From assembly GCA_022567475.1 (NCBI GenBank), contig JADFGZ010000002.1, positions 1-43,905 on the forward strand: DNA of 43,905 nucleotides. The letters are read 5' to 3'. Below, piece by piece: positions 27,352 through 40,477 of the stretch. The DNA comes from Acidobacteriota bacterium. GTDB taxonomy: Bacteria > Acidobacteriota > Terriglobia > 2-12-FULL-54-10. Under the pieces are notes generated by a model. That model ran no database searches. It saw only the letters and a program-made list of their open reading frames with translations, and had not been told where the DNA came from. The number at the start of each line of letters is the position of its first letter. The first letter of the stretch is position 1. The position numbers and the translations under genes are program-made.

Positions 27352-28329
27352 CTATTGTTTGCGGCTTTTCTGAGACGGTGCATGCTCGATCTGGACGAAG
27401 CCGTCTGCCACGGAGCGGCTTACCCCGCCGGGCAAATCCTGCTGGCGGTGAGGAGACCGCTGCACCCGTTCGTAGTCCTCGCCCGCCGGGCAGACCTGAA
27501 CGCATTCGGCGCACCCCGTGAAAGCGCCTTCCTTCACCATGATCATCGTTTGCCACAGCTCCCCGGTGGTCCGCTGTTTGACGGCGTTCCACAGAGCCTC
27601 GGCGCCCCCGGTTCGCTTTCCAAAAACCTGCTCCAGGTGCGAGAGGAAGGTGGACGCTCCGTAAGGTTGAGCGCTCCGCGCACAGGCCGTGGCGTCCAGC
27701 CGGCGGACCTGGGCCAGCGATGCCCCGAGCGGGGCCCGGCGCGGGATAGCATCCTCCGGACAAACAGCCGCGCAGCGGCCACACTCTTCAAGGCCCGGAC
27801 ACAATTCCTGGTCGAGAGGAGCATCCGGCTCCCATTCCTGGTCTGCCAGGACGCCGCCCAGGAACATTCGCGGCCCATATTCGGGCGTCAATACCATTTG
27901 GTTGAGCCCCCATGTCCCCATCCCGGAGGCCACGGCAGCGGCGCGCAGGACCCGTGAGCCTTGCCCCGCCGGGCAAAGGCCGGTGCTGTCGTCCTGATCG
28001 AAATCGATGCTCAGCGAGGAGAGGACCATAGCCCTGGCCCCCCGCCTCTCCAGATGATCCACCAGACGCATGCAGCTCTCGTCGATTCGCTTGAGGATTC
28101 TTCCGGCCCAAAACTGTTTGGTGCCCAGGTGGCGCGCCCACCCAATTCCCGCAGGTGACTTCATGGCCACGACAACCAGCGTGCGCAACTCTTCGGAAAT
28201 GCGGGAAGGATGCTGGGACGCCGGCAGTTCCTCAGCCAGGCTGGCGACCGAGCAAACACGGATTAACGGAAACCCCAGGCTTCCCGCAACCTGCTTCAAC
28301 TGTTCCTTGCTGAGTACCGTCTCCGGCAC
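27352..28329 (-). CDS. QueG/RdhA-like cobalamin- and 2x[4Fe-4S]-dependent reductase, paralog 1
   Basis: AAVASGMGTWG...TPEYGPRMFL...AD; CPGLEECGRCAAVCP; C-X56-CAECVQVCP. Confidence 0.8.
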   Translation of the reverse strand: MPETVLSKEQLKQVAGSLGFPLIRVCSVASLAEELPASQHPSRISEELRTLVVVAMKSPAGIGWARHLGTKQFWAGRILKRIDESCMRLVDHLERRGARAMVLSSLSIDFDQDDSTGLCPAGQGSRVLRAAAVASGMGTWGLNQMVLTPEYGPRMFLGGVLADQEWEPDAPLDQELCPGLEECGRCAAVCPEDAIPRRAPLGASLAQVRRLDATACARSAQPYGASTFLSHLEQVFGKRTGGAEALWNAVKQRTTGELWQTMIMVKEGAFTGCAECVQVCPAGEDYERVQRSPHRQQDLPGGVSRSVADGFVQIEHAPSQKSRKQ

Positions 28330-28414
28330 AATTCCCCTGCTGAATCCCTATGGCATCGCTGCGCTGTTCTGAGAGAAAACCGAATAAGGCGCGCTGCGGC
28401 CTTTTCAATTTTCT

Positions 28415-28448
28415 ATTCTAGCATCGCCGCGTAGCAATACATATGCCG
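28415..28448 (-). promoter_or_regulatory. Candidate promoter(s) of the triple reductase operon: sigma54 -24/-12 site and/or extended -10
   Basis: Minus strand CGGCATATGTATTGCT (GG-N10-GC, 28433-28448) and TGCTAGAAT (28415-28423). Confidence 0.4.
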
Positions 28449-28602
28449 GCGCACGCGCGGACGGTGTGTTCAGTCCACGGGGAAGACCTGCCCAGATGAA
28501 CGATGAACGCGGCGACGGTCGCTCTGGCCTGCCGAGATCACTGCTTGTTTATGCAAAATATGCAAGGAGGACGCTACACCGGGGCGCTCAACACGAATTG
28601 TA

Positions 28603-31518
<2,916 letters not shown>

Positions 31519-31530
31519 GCGTATATCCTG

Positions 31531-31589
31531 ATGTTCGTAACATGTTTGGAACCATCTTCGTAACGATGTTCGTAACGAAGGTCAGTAAC
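31531..31589. repeat. Degenerate 11-12-bp tandem repeat, about 5 units, consensus ATGTTCGTAAC(G)
   Basis: Contiguous units ATGTTCGTAAC / ATGTTTGGAACC / ATCTTCGTAACG / ATGTTCGTAACG / AAGGTCAGTAAC. Confidence 0.75.
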
Positions 31590-31736
31590 AAGGTCCCACC
31601 CGGACCTATCCAACAACCCCAGGCTACCTACTCCCCTCTACATTTATTCGACATTTAGCAGCAAAAGTTGAGCATATCTCGCGTGGCAGAATACCCGAGA
31701 TTCAGCACGCGCTGCCCGCCGGCAGCCAACCGTCGG

Positions 31737-31765
31737 TTGACAATCCTATTTTCGGTCGATAGGAT
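31737..31765 (+). promoter_or_regulatory. sigma70 promoter with an overlapping palindromic operator candidate
   Basis: TTGACA-N17-TAGGAT; inverted repeat ATCCTAT-N9-ATAGGAT (31743-31765). Confidence 0.6.
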
Positions 31766-31809
31766 GAATACATTCTTTTTCAGGTTCGGCCGCAGGGGGG
31801 AGTGAGAGG

Positions 31810-33141
31810 TTGACCACAGAATCGGAATTTTCTTATCTTCACACCATCTATATGTCTATTGTTCAGAAGGAAATGGGGCATCCTGCGCCTCTTCCGGAGC
31901 AGGTGCAGGAGGTTCTGAACAAGACCGATTCCGCCTCCCCTTCCCAACCCGTGAGCGAACCGGGGCAGCAATGGCTCGGGCTGCTGGACATGGCGGTCCA
32001 GCCGCAACCTCTGCGCAGTTACCTGAAAGAGCATGATGTTGGCGAGCCGGCGCTGCAGGCGATGATCCGGTTTTTGGTTGCCAAGAAATCTCACTCGCAG
32101 GCCGACCGCGACAAAGTGGACTGGCTGGTGACCCACCTGTTCAAAGTGCGCGAGGAACAGAGCAATAACCTCACCGGCTGGGTCAAGTCCGCGATGGAGG
32201 ATATCCTGAAAGGAATCGACTTCTCGCCGCTGAGCGCGGATGCCCAGGCGTCGATGGCGGAGATCCCCGCCTTGCTGGACGAGGTGAGATACTTTGAAAG
32301 TTTCAGCCAGATCACCGATTCCCGCATCATCCAGCGGGGCCGGGAGCTGAAGAATCAGTTTGGAGAGGAATTTTTTCACCCGGATGTATTGACCCCGATT
32401 GTCAATTACAACCTCTTGTTCGGGAAAATCTTTCACGCGATGCTGCAAGAGACCATGCAGAAGGTCCACGATTTGGCCCGCAGCCAGCCGAACAGCAACA
32501 CCCCCGACGCCGCCGAATTGCTCCGCAGCGATTACCGCTCTACAGCCGACGCCTTCCGCCAGTTGACGGAACTGGGCCGGGAGCAGGAGTCAAAGAAAAC
32601 GGCGGCGAATGCTCGGGCCGGCTCGGCTCAGACGGATTCCGGCAAGTCTGCCGTCGAATGGGAACGGCAGATGAAGAACCTGGGCGTGGATCCCGCCATC
32701 CAGGCCGCACACCTCAGAAACCGGATGCAAGAGCTTACCGTGCGGCTTCGGGCCAAGCAAACCGTAACCTCCATCCCGATGTTTGGGAGGCCGCTGGCCC
32801 TCAACGACTGGGAATCGAGCGCCTTCCGAACCGAATATGCGGAATCGGAGCAGACGTTCCGGGTGGAATTCGCTCGCAGCCTGTGTCACACCATCAGCAT
32901 CATTTCTCGCGTTCAGGAGGAACTGAACTCTTACCGCGAGAAGAAAAATACGGAATACCTGTGGAAGAAACACTACGACGCGCTGCTCTATCTGCTGTAC
33001 GAAGGACGGCGGCACAAGGATACTTTGGCGCGGCTTTCCTCCGTCAGCCAGCAGAAAGGCTTGCTGGAAAAATCCAAGCAGTTGCTCTTGACCGCCGAAA
33101 AACTGGAAACCACCTTGTCTGAGGTGGCGGCCATCTTTTAG
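31810..33141 (+). CDS. Hypothetical protein, probably largely alpha-helical
   Basis: 443-aa ORF with GC3-biased codons, its own promoter and a GGGAG RBS-like sequence; no recognisable motif. Confidence 0.75.
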   Translation: MTTESEFSYLHTIYMSIVQKEMGHPAPLPEQVQEVLNKTDSASPSQPVSEPGQQWLGLLDMAVQPQPLRSYLKEHDVGEPALQAMIRFLVAKKSHSQADRDKVDWLVTHLFKVREEQSNNLTGWVKSAMEDILKGIDFSPLSADAQASMAEIPALLDEVRYFESFSQITDSRIIQRGRELKNQFGEEFFHPDVLTPIVNYNLLFGKIFHAMLQETMQKVHDLARSQPNSNTPDAAELLRSDYRSTADAFRQLTELGREQESKKTAANARAGSAQTDSGKSAVEWERQMKNLGVDPAIQAAHLRNRMQELTVRLRAKQTVTSIPMFGRPLALNDWESSAFRTEYAESEQTFRVEFARSLCHTISIISRVQEELNSYREKKNTEYLWKKHYDALLYLLYEGRRHKDTLARLSSVSQQKGLLEKSKQLLLTAEKLETTLSEVAAIF

Positions 33142-33157
33142 GAGTTTGCGAGTGAAA

Positions 33158-33186
33158 TTGACGCCGTTCTCCAGCCCGATTACAAT
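33158..33186 (+). promoter_or_regulatory. sigma70 promoter of guaB
   Basis: TTGACG-N17-TACAAT. Confidence 0.65.
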
Positions 33187-33214
33187 GGACTCACTCAGCG
33201 GGAATGAGCAATCC

Positions 33215-34678
33215 ATGGGAGGCATATCTTTTCTGGAAGGTTTGACGTTCGACGATCTCCTGCTGCTTCCGGGCCGGTCCGAGGTCTTGCCGGCCGACGT
33301 GGACACCTGCACCTCGCTGACCCGCAACATCCAGTTGAAAATCCCGATTCTGAGCGCGGCGATGGACACCGTGACCGAATCCCGCTTGGCCATCGCCATC
33401 GCCCAGCAAGGAGGCCTCGGCTTCATCCACCGGAATATGTCCATCGAACAGCAGGTTCTGGAAGTGGACAAAGTGAAGCGCAGCGAAAGCGGAATGATTG
33501 TGGACCCGGTGACCATGTCTCCCGAGAACAAAATCGCGGAAGCTTTGGACGTCATGCGCCGCTATAAGATTTCCGGTGTTCCCATCACAAAGAACCGGAA
33601 ATTGGTGGGCATCCTGACCAACCGCGATCTCCGGTTTGAGACCCGGCTGGAGTTGCCCATCGGCGAGGTGATGACCAAGGACAAGCTGTTTACGGCCCCC
33701 GTCGGAACGACGCTGGAAGAAGCCGAGCTGCTGCTGCAAAAACACAGGGTGGAAAAGCTTCCCGTGGTGGATCAGGAGAACAACCTTTGCGGGCTGATCA
33801 CCGTGAAGGATATTCAGAAAAAGCGCCGGTATCCCTTTGCCGCCAAGGACGAAAAAGGCCGCCTGCGCGTAGGCGCGGCGCTCGGAGCAACCGGGGATTT
33901 CCTGGAGCGCGCGCAGGAGTTGGCGCGAGCCAAGGTGGACCTTTTGGCGGTGGACACGGCGCACGCCCACTCCGTCCGCGTCCTGGAAGCCGTTCGGGTT
34001 TTGCGGAAAGCGCTTCCGCAAGTGGACTTGGTGGCCGGAAACGTGGCCACCTTCGAGGGCGCCTGCGAGTTGGTCCGCCTGGATGTGGACGCCATCAAAG
34101 TGGGGATTGGGCCCGGCTCCATCTGCACTACGCGCGTGGTGACCGGCGCCGGAGTTCCGCAGATTACCGCCATTGTCGAATGCCGCCGGGCTTTGCGGGA
34201 CACCGGGGTTCCGCTGATTGCCGACGGCGGCATCAAATACTCCGGCGACGTCACGAAAGCGCTCGCCACCGGCGCCAGCACAGTGATGATCGGCAATCTG
34301 CTTGCCGGGTGCGACGAAAGCCCGGGCGAATTCGTCTTGTACCAGGGACGCACGTTCAAGGCATACCGCGGAATGGGTTCCATAGGAGCGATGGGGTCCG
34401 GCGGATCGGACCGCTACAGCCAGGAAAACCAGACCCGCCCCGACAAACTGATTCCGGAGGGAATTGAAGGAAGAGTTCCCTACAAAGGGCCTCTGGAGGC
34501 CATGGTGCTGCAATTAGTAGGAGGCTTGAAATCCGGAATGGGTTATTGCGGCGCCGCTAATCTGGAAGAATTGCAATCCAAGGCCCGCTTTGTTCGCGTC
34601 TCTTCTGCCGGGCTGCGCGAAGGGCACGTGCACGACGTGATCATCACAAAGGAAGCCCCCAACTACCGCCTCGAGTAA
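33215..34678 (+). CDS. guaB: IMP dehydrogenase
   Basis: [17 protein letters not shown] pair, [11 protein letters not shown] and YRGMGS; start placed at the ATG downstream of the promoter. Confidence 0.97.
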   Translation: MGGISFLEGLTFDDLLLLPGRSEVLPADVDTCTSLTRNIQLKIPILSAAMDTVTESRLAIAIAQQGGLGFIHRNMSIEQQVLEVDKVKRSESGMIVDPVTMSPENKIAEALDVMRRYKISGVPITKNRKLVGILTNRDLRFETRLELPIGEVMTKDKLFTAPVGTTLEEAELLLQKHRVEKLPVVDQENNLCGLITVKDIQKKRRYPFAAKDEKGRLRVGAALGATGDFLERAQELARAKVDLLAVDTAHAHSVRVLEAVRVLRKALPQVDLVAGNVATFEGACELVRLDVDAIKVGIGPGSICTTRVVTGAGVPQITAIVECRRALRDTGVPLIADGGIKYSGDVTKALATGASTVMIGNLLAGCDESPGEFVLYQGRTFKAYRGMGSIGAMGSGGSDRYSQENQTRPDKLIPEGIEGRVPYKGPLEAMVLQLVGGLKSGMGYCGAANLEELQSKARFVRVSSAGLREGHVHDVIITKEAPNYRLE

Positions 34679-34943
34679 TCCCGCCAGACTCGCTGATACA
34701 CTGATGGTCTTCTCTCCTGCTGGGGGAAACTGCATCCAGAAGCAGCTACAGCATTTCCCCCGGACGTGTAGAGTTCCGGCAGCCACGGTGCGCCAGCGTC
34801 CCCGCTGGACCATTGGGCCGCCAGAGCCTGCCGAGGGGATGGCGGCGCTACATTCTATGTATCAACAGGGGGAAATGCGCTAAATTCTGCGTTGTTTCAG
34901 GGAAAGGATTCAGGGAAGAGGGGGTAAGTCAGGCGGGCTACGG

Positions 34944-35348
34944 TCAGGCTTTTTCTTTCTTTTTCTTTTTCGCAGGAGCTTTTTCTTTGAGTTCGCTGCC
35001 GACCAGTTCCACCAGCGCCATGTCGGCGCCGTCGCCGGCTCGCCAACCCACGCGGGTGATCCGCACATAACCGCCATTCTGCTGGGCGAAACGGGCCGAA
35101 AGACTGTCAAACAATTTTTTCACAGAGACCGGAGTCATCAGGAAAGCAGCCGCCTGGCGGCGCGCATGGAGCGACTCCGCCTTGCCCAGCGTAATCATCT
35201 TCTCAGCAAGCGGACGCAGCGCCTTGGCCTTGACCACCGTGGTCACGATGCGTTCCCGCTCAAGCAATGAAGTCACCAGATTGCGCAACAAAGCCTTGCG
35301 ATGGCTCGTGTTTCTTCCCAGTTTCCATCCTGCCTTGAGATGTCGCAT
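34944..35348 (-). CDS. rplQ: 50S ribosomal protein L17
   Basis: MRHLK...LGR..SHRKA and GGYVRI; follows rpoA. Confidence 0.97.
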   Translation of the reverse strand: MRHLKAGWKLGRNTSHRKALLRNLVTSLLERERIVTTVVKAKALRPLAEKMITLGKAESLHARRQAAAFLMTPVSVKKLFDSLSARFAQQNGGYVRITRVGWRAGDGADMALVELVGSELKEKAPAKKKKKEKA

Positions 35349-35467
35349 CCTCAGCCCTTCCTGCCCGCTATCCTGAACCGTCCGCTCGCTCCCGCCAACA
35401 TCCTGCGCCCTCTCTGCGCTGCCAAACCCGCAGGAACCCTCCGGCCCGGGCGGGGAGACCGGCCTGC

Positions 35468-36466
35468 CTATTGCTCGGAAACCGGTGAAGCCGGAATCAG
35501 GAACCCTTTTTCGTCCAATTTCATTCCCAACCCCAGGCCCATCGTATGCAGAATCTCCTTGATCTCGTTCAGCGATTTGCGGCCAAAATTCTTGGTTCGC
35601 AACATCTCCGATTCCGATTTCTGGACCAGTTCCCCGATGGTCTGAATGCTGGCGTTCTTCAAACAGTTATAGGAGCGCACCGACAGCTCCAACTCTTCCA
35701 CCGAGCGGTTCAAATTCTCATTGTGAATCTCAAGACTTTTCTCCGCCACTTCCTCGAAGTCTACGGGTTTCTCTTCAAAGTTGATGAAGATCGCCATATG
35801 GTCCTTCATCAGCTTGGCGCCCAGCCCGACGGCATCCTGCGGGGAAATAGTCCCATTCGTCCAAACCTTCAAGATCAGCTTGTCGTAATCGGTCATCTGA
35901 CCCAGGCGGGCCGCCTCCACCTGATAATTGACCTTGCGCACCGGCGAATGAACCGAGTCGACGGGGATATAGCCGATGGCCAGGTCCTCATCAAAATTTT
36001 TGTCCGCGCTGACGTAGCCCCGGCCATGCCGGAGGCGCATCTCCATTTGCAGCCGGCCGCCGTCGCCGACGGTTGCCAGGTATACGTCCGGGTTCAGGAT
36101 CTCCACGTCCCCATCGGCCTGAATCTGGGAGGAGAGGATGCGACCGGGCTTATCTCCCGTCAGCGTGATGGTCTTGGGGCCTTCCCCATTCAACCGGAAC
36201 GGCACTTGTTTCAGGTTGAGAATAATATCGGTGGCGTCTTCCACCACTCCGGGAATCGATGAAAACTCGTGCAGGACTCCTTCGATCTTGACGGCAGTGA
36301 TCGCCGCGCCTTCAATCGACGACAACAACACGCGACGAAGAGCGTTTCCAATCGTGGTGCCGAATCCGCGCTCAAACGGCTGGGCGGAAAATTCGCCGAA
36401 ATCGGCAGTCAAGGTTTCCAAACTGCAAGCCAAACGCTTTGGTTTCTGAAAACCCTTCCATAACAT
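35468..36466 (-). CDS. rpoA: RNA polymerase subunit alpha
   Basis: [33 protein letters not shown] and [10 protein letters not shown]. Confidence 0.99.
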   Translation of the reverse strand: MLWKGFQKPKRLACSLETLTADFGEFSAQPFERGFGTTIGNALRRVLLSSIEGAAITAVKIEGVLHEFSSIPGVVEDATDIILNLKQVPFRLNGEGPKTITLTGDKPGRILSSQIQADGDVEILNPDVYLATVGDGGRLQMEMRLRHGRGYVSADKNFDEDLAIGYIPVDSVHSPVRKVNYQVEAARLGQMTDYDKLILKVWTNGTISPQDAVGLGAKLMKDHMAIFINFEEKPVDFEEVAEKSLEIHNENLNRSVEELELSVRSYNCLKNASIQTIGELVQKSESEMLRTKNFGRKSLNEIKEILHTMGLGLGMKLDEKGFLIPASPVSEQ

Positions 36467-36546
36467 CGCTTTCCTCCAAAATGACCGAGCAGCGTAGCGT
36501 CTGCGGCGGGTCCTGCTGCCTCAGGCGTACGGGGGGTGCCGATTCT

Positions 36547-37176
36547 CTATTTAGAATAAAGTTCTACAATCATTTGTTCCTGGACCGGGAGCGCAATATC
36601 CTGCCGCTGCGGGAGGGCCAGTATCTTGGCCTTCAGGTTTTCCCTGTCCACGTCGATCCATGCGGGGACGGATTGGTGCGCCGTCGATTCACGGTTGGCC
36701 AGCAGGCAAGGATTCTCCCGGCTTTTCGAACGCACTTCCACGGCATCGCCCGGCTTCACCAAATACGAAGGGATCGTCACCTTCCGGCCGTTTACCTGGA
36801 AATGGCCGTGTCGCACGCTCTGCCGCGCTTGCGCCCGGGAAACTCCCAGGCCCATCCGGTAGACGACGTTGTCGAGCCTGCGCTCCAGAAATTGCAGCAG
36901 CAATTCTCCGGTGATTCCTTTGCGGACGGCCGCTTTTTCAAAGTAACGGCGAAACTGCTTCTCCAGGACTCCGTAGATCCGCCGCACCTTCTGTTTTTCC
37001 CGGAGCTGCAAGCCGTAGCCGAGCATCCGGGGCCGGCGGCGTTTTCCGTGCTGGCCCGGGGGGAAGTTGCGCCGGTCGATGGCGCACTTGTCCGTGTGAC
37101 ACCGCTCTCCCTTGAGAAACAACTTCTCGCCCTCGCGCCGGCATAGCCGGCACACCGCACCTCGATATCTAGCCAA
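36547..37176 (-). CDS. rpsD: 30S ribosomal protein S4
   Basis: [22 protein letters not shown] and [11 protein letters not shown]. Confidence 0.98.
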   Translation of the reverse strand: MARYRGAVCRLCRREGEKLFLKGERCHTDKCAIDRRNFPPGQHGKRRRPRMLGYGLQLREKQKVRRIYGVLEKQFRRYFEKAAVRKGITGELLLQFLERRLDNVVYRMGLGVSRAQARQSVRHGHFQVNGRKVTIPSYLVKPGDAVEVRSKSRENPCLLANRESTAHQSVPAWIDVDRENLKAKILALPQRQDIALPVQEQMIVELYSK

Positions 37177-37275
37177 TCTTCCTCCTCAACCGGTCAGCCT
37201 GAATCAAACCGAATCGCTCCAAGAAACTCTTTCTCCCAAAGCAGGCGTGCCTGCCGCCAGCACCGTTTCGCCCTC

Positions 37276-37683
37276 TTATACGCGCCTCTTCTTCGGAGGA
37301 CGGCAACCGTTGTGCGGAATGGGCGTCACATCCTTGATGCCTTTGACCTCCAAACCCACCACCGCGAGCGCGCGGATGGCGGACTCCCGCCCCGAACCGG
37401 GGCCTTTCACCCGGACCTCGACGCTCCGCATGCCGTGGTCGCGGGCGCTATTGGCCGCGTGCTGGGCGGCCTGTTGGGCGGCAAACGGAGTTCCCTTCCG
37501 GGACCCTCGAAAGCCCAGCGACCCTGCGCTCGACCAAGAAATCACGTTTCCATTCAGATCAGAGATCGTAACCACCGTATTGTTAAAGGTGGCCTGGATG
37601 TGCACGATCCCGCTGGAAATGTGCTTCTTCTCTCGCTTCTTAAAAGCTTTCTTTTTCCCCTGCTTTCCGGGTGCCTTTGCCAT
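37276..37683 (-). CDS. rpsK: 30S ribosomal protein S11
   Basis: [16 protein letters not shown] and [18 protein letters not shown]. Confidence 0.98.
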   Translation of the reverse strand: MAKAPGKQGKKKAFKKREKKHISSGIVHIQATFNNTVVTISDLNGNVISWSSAGSLGFRGSRKGTPFAAQQAAQHAANSARDHGMRSVEVRVKGPGSGRESAIRALAVVGLEVKGIKDVTPIPHNGCRPPKKRRV

Positions 37684-37765
37684 CTATCCTCTGATCCTCC
37701 AAAAACCGCGCGGTTTCGCAACGTTGTCCGCCCGGAGATTCTCAACTTCTCCTCACGGTTGTGCC

Positions 37766-38152
37766 CTAGGTTTTCGCCGCAGACTTCTTCTTAATCGCGA
37801 TCGTTCCTTTTCGCGGCCCCTTGCGGGTTCGGGCGTTGGTGTGGGTCCGTTGGCCGCGGACAGGCAAATTGCGGCGATGGCGCAGGCCCCGGTAGGAGCC
37901 GACCTCGATCAACCGGCGGATATTCATGGAAATTTCCTTCCGCAGATCTCCCTCGATGGCGCCTTCCTCTTCCAAAATCTTCCGGATCCGGCCTACCTCA
38001 TCCTCGGTCAAATCCCGCACTTTCGTATCCGGATTGATATCCGCTCTCCGTAAAATCGAATTGGACCGTGCCCGGCCAATCCCGTAGATATAGGTCAGGC
38101 CGATCTCAGACCGCTTGGAGGGGGGTAAATCCACTCCGGCTATGCGTGCCAT
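37766..38152 (-). CDS. rpsM: 30S ribosomal protein S13
   Basis: [10 protein letters not shown] and [18 protein letters not shown]. Confidence 0.98.
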   Translation of the reverse strand: MARIAGVDLPPSKRSEIGLTYIYGIGRARSNSILRRADINPDTKVRDLTEDEVGRIRKILEEEGAIEGDLRKEISMNIRRLIEVGSYRGLRHRRNLPVRGQRTHTNARTRKGPRKGTIAIKKKSAAKT

Positions 38153-38246
38153 TTTTCCTCCTGGGAGCCGCGCAGCAGCCTGACGCCGGCCTGCCGCCGC
38201 TCTCCCGCGCTGCCTGTTTCTTTCCCGGCGAAAAGCAAATTCACCT

Positions 38247-38360
38247 TCATCCCTGGCGTTGTTTGTGCTTCAAGTTCACACAGATCACCCGAACCACCCT
38301 CTTGCGGCGGATGATCTTGCACTTGGCGCAAATTTTTTTAACCGATGCTCGTACTTTCAT
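38247..38360 (-). CDS. rpmJ: 50S ribosomal protein L36
   Basis: [14 protein letters not shown]...KHKQRQG, 37 aa from the ATG at 38360. Confidence 0.97.
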   Translation of the reverse strand: MKVRASVKKICAKCKIIRRKRVVRVICVNLKHKQRQG

Positions 38361-38440
38361 GCCCAGATTCTTCCTGCCTTGCCGGCGGCATCCGCGCAAA
38401 ATGCGTATTCTGTTTCCAGCGCGGCTCGCCGGGGCGGCCC

Positions 38441-39190
38441 TCAGGGTTTCGTCAGGATCCACGGGCCGTTGCTGGTCACGACGACGCAGTGTTCAAAGTG
38501 CGCCGAATAGCTGCCGTCTTCGGTCACGGCAGTCCACTTGTCTTCCAATACCCGCGCTTCCGCTTTTCCCGCGTTCACCATGGGCTCAATCGCCAGCACC
38601 ATTCCCTCTTTCAAGCGCGGTCCGCGGCCTGGAGTTCCATAGTTGGGCACCTTCGGATCCTCATGGAGACGGCTGCCGATCCCATGTCCCACAAAGTCGC
38701 GCACCACCGAGTAACCGTGAGGCTCCACGTATTGCTGCACCGCGGCCGAAACATCGCCTAAATGCACATCCGGCCGGACATGATCGATTGCCTCATACAG
38801 AGACTCTTCGGTCACACGCAGCAGTTTTTCCAATTCCGGCGAAATGGTTCCCACGGGCACCGTTACGGCCGAGTCGCTGTAGTAGCCTTCCGTCTTGACC
38901 CCCACGTCGATCTTCACGATGTCCCCTTCTTTCAAAATCCTTTGGGGGGAAGGGATTCCGTGCACGATTTCATTGTTGATGGAGGTGCACAAGATGCAAG
39001 GATAGTTATACAGTCCCTTAAAAGCCGGCTCCACCGCATGTTCGGCGAGCTTTTCCTCGGCCAGCTTCTCCAAATCATAGGTGGAAATTCCCGGCGCGAC
39101 CCGTGCGCGCAATTCATCCAAAAGCTCCCACACGAACACCCCTCCCCGGCGCATCTTTTCCAGCTCCAGCGGTGACTTGCAAATAATCAT
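38441..39190 (-). CDS. map: Methionine aminopeptidase type I
   Basis: VHGIP, GDIVKID, GHGIG, IEPM and SAHFEH. Confidence 0.97.
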   Translation of the reverse strand: MIICKSPLELEKMRRGGVFVWELLDELRARVAPGISTYDLEKLAEEKLAEHAVEPAFKGLYNYPCILCTSINNEIVHGIPSPQRILKEGDIVKIDVGVKTEGYYSDSAVTVPVGTISPELEKLLRVTEESLYEAIDHVRPDVHLGDVSAAVQQYVEPHGYSVVRDFVGHGIGSRLHEDPKVPNYGTPGRGPRLKEGMVLAIEPMVNAGKAEARVLEDKWTAVTEDGSYSAHFEHCVVVTSNGPWILTKP

Positions 39191-39867
39191 GAAGCGTTCA
39201 AAATGCGATGGATCGCTCCCGTGATCCTTCCCGGGGCTTGGTCCGCATCCACCTCATAGAAACGGCCTTCGTTTCTGTAAAAAGCGATCAGCGGCGCCGT
39301 TTGGGTTTCGTAAGCGGAAAGGCGCTCGCGAATTGCCGCCTCGCGGTCATCCGGCCTCTGCTGCAGGGAAGCTCCATCCGCGTCGCAAATACCTGGTTGG
39401 GCGGGAGGTTGCAAACTCAGGTTATAAATCCGGTTGCACACCGGGCAGATTCTTCGGCCTGAGAGACGTTCAACCACAGTATTATAACCCAGGCGCAAAT
39501 GGATCACAACCGGAGCTCCGGACCCCTTCTGCTTTAGAATTCCCTTGAGCGCCTCTGCCTGGGCTAATGTTCGGGGATAGCCGTCTAGAAGGAATCCTCT
39601 GCCGCAATCGTCCCGGCTGATCCGCTCCTGGACCATCTCGTTCACCACGTCATCGCCCACCAGCCCCCCCGAATCCATTGTGGCCTTGGCCTTCAATCCC
39701 AGAGGCGTTTTCCTCTCCGCGTTTTCCCGGAACATATCTCCCGTGGAGATGTGCGGGACCCCCAACTGTTTTACAATTTCCCTGGCCTGCGTTCCCTTCC
39801 CGGCTCCCGGAGGGCCCAGAAAAACCAAAGGACCCGGAGACGAGTCGGATCTCTTCTGCCGTACCAT
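39187..39867 (-). CDS. adk: Adenylate kinase
   Basis: GPPGAGKGTQA, HISTGDMFR, LDGYPR and a Zn-type LID (CPVC...CDAD). Confidence 0.97.
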   Translation of the reverse strand: MVRQKRSDSSPGPLVFLGPPGAGKGTQAREIVKQLGVPHISTGDMFRENAERKTPLGLKAKATMDSGGLVGDDVVNEMVQERISRDDCGRGFLLDGYPRTLAQAEALKGILKQKGSGAPVVIHLRLGYNTVVERLSGRRICPVCNRIYNLSLQPPAQPGICDADGASLQQRPDDREAAIRERLSAYETQTAPLIAFYRNEGRFYEVDADQAPGRITGAIHRILNAS

Positions 39868-40012
39868 GAGATCTCATTTCCCGGAGGCGACAATCCCGGG
39901 TGAATCACTCGGGACCGCCCGGAGGTTAGGCGCATCGCGCGCGTTTTCCCTAACCCACCACTACCAACTCATCCGCAGTATTGCCTTCCGGAAAGCCACC
40001 CCGAGGCTCCCC

Positions 40013-40456
40013 TCAGGAAGCAATCACCTCTGCCCGCCCTCCGGCCTTGGTGATCTTTTCCCTGGCCGCCCGGCTGAAAAAATGAGCCGAGACGCTGATC
40101 TTGCCTTTCAAATCCCCCTCGCCCAGCACCTTGAGACCGGCGTAGAGTTTTTTGATTATCCCGCGCTGCAACAGAATCTCGGGAGAAACTTCCTTTTCCG
40201 CCAAGGGAGCGATCTGCTTCAGATTCACAATGGCAAAACGCTTCCTGAAAATATTCCGAAACCCCCGCTTGGGCAGCCGCCGCTGCAAGGGCATCTGCCC
40301 GCCCTCGAAACCGCGTTTCCTGTGGCTCCCCGAGCGGGAACGCTGCCCCTTGTGCCCGCGGGCGGAGGTTTTGCCGTGCCCGCTGCCCATACCCCGGCCT
40401 ACACGCTTGCGAGCGTGCGTTTGTCCGCGCGGCACTGACAGCGAACTCAAATTCAT
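40013..40456 (-). CDS. rplO: 50S ribosomal protein L15
   Basis: RVGRGMGSGHGKT and GFEGGQMPLQRRLPKRGF. Confidence 0.98.
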   Translation of the reverse strand: MNLSSLSVPRGQTHARKRVGRGMGSGHGKTSARGHKGQRSRSGSHRKRGFEGGQMPLQRRLPKRGFRNIFRKRFAIVNLKQIAPLAEKEVSPEILLQRGIIKKLYAGLKVLGEGDLKGKISVSAHFFSRAAREKITKAGGRAEVIAS

Positions 40457-40477
40457 CCGATCCTCCCCAAAACCCTA

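Noticed and set aside
25291-28329. Naming the paralogs queG or rdhA
   Set aside because: They lack the QueG VDTxP motif, a TAT signal and rdhB; only the superfamily-level call is supported
31531-31600. CRISPR array
   Set aside because: Units are 11-12 bp, contiguous, without spacers, and no cas genes are present
34679-34943. Riboswitch or sRNA between guaB and rplQ
   Set aside because: Some hairpins (GCCGCCA/TGGCGGC) but no recognisable family consensus, and the region lies between convergent 3' ends
39940-40012. secY remnant (frame ending ...RMSW*)
   Set aside because: Resemblance to a SecY C-terminus is too weak to support without an alignment
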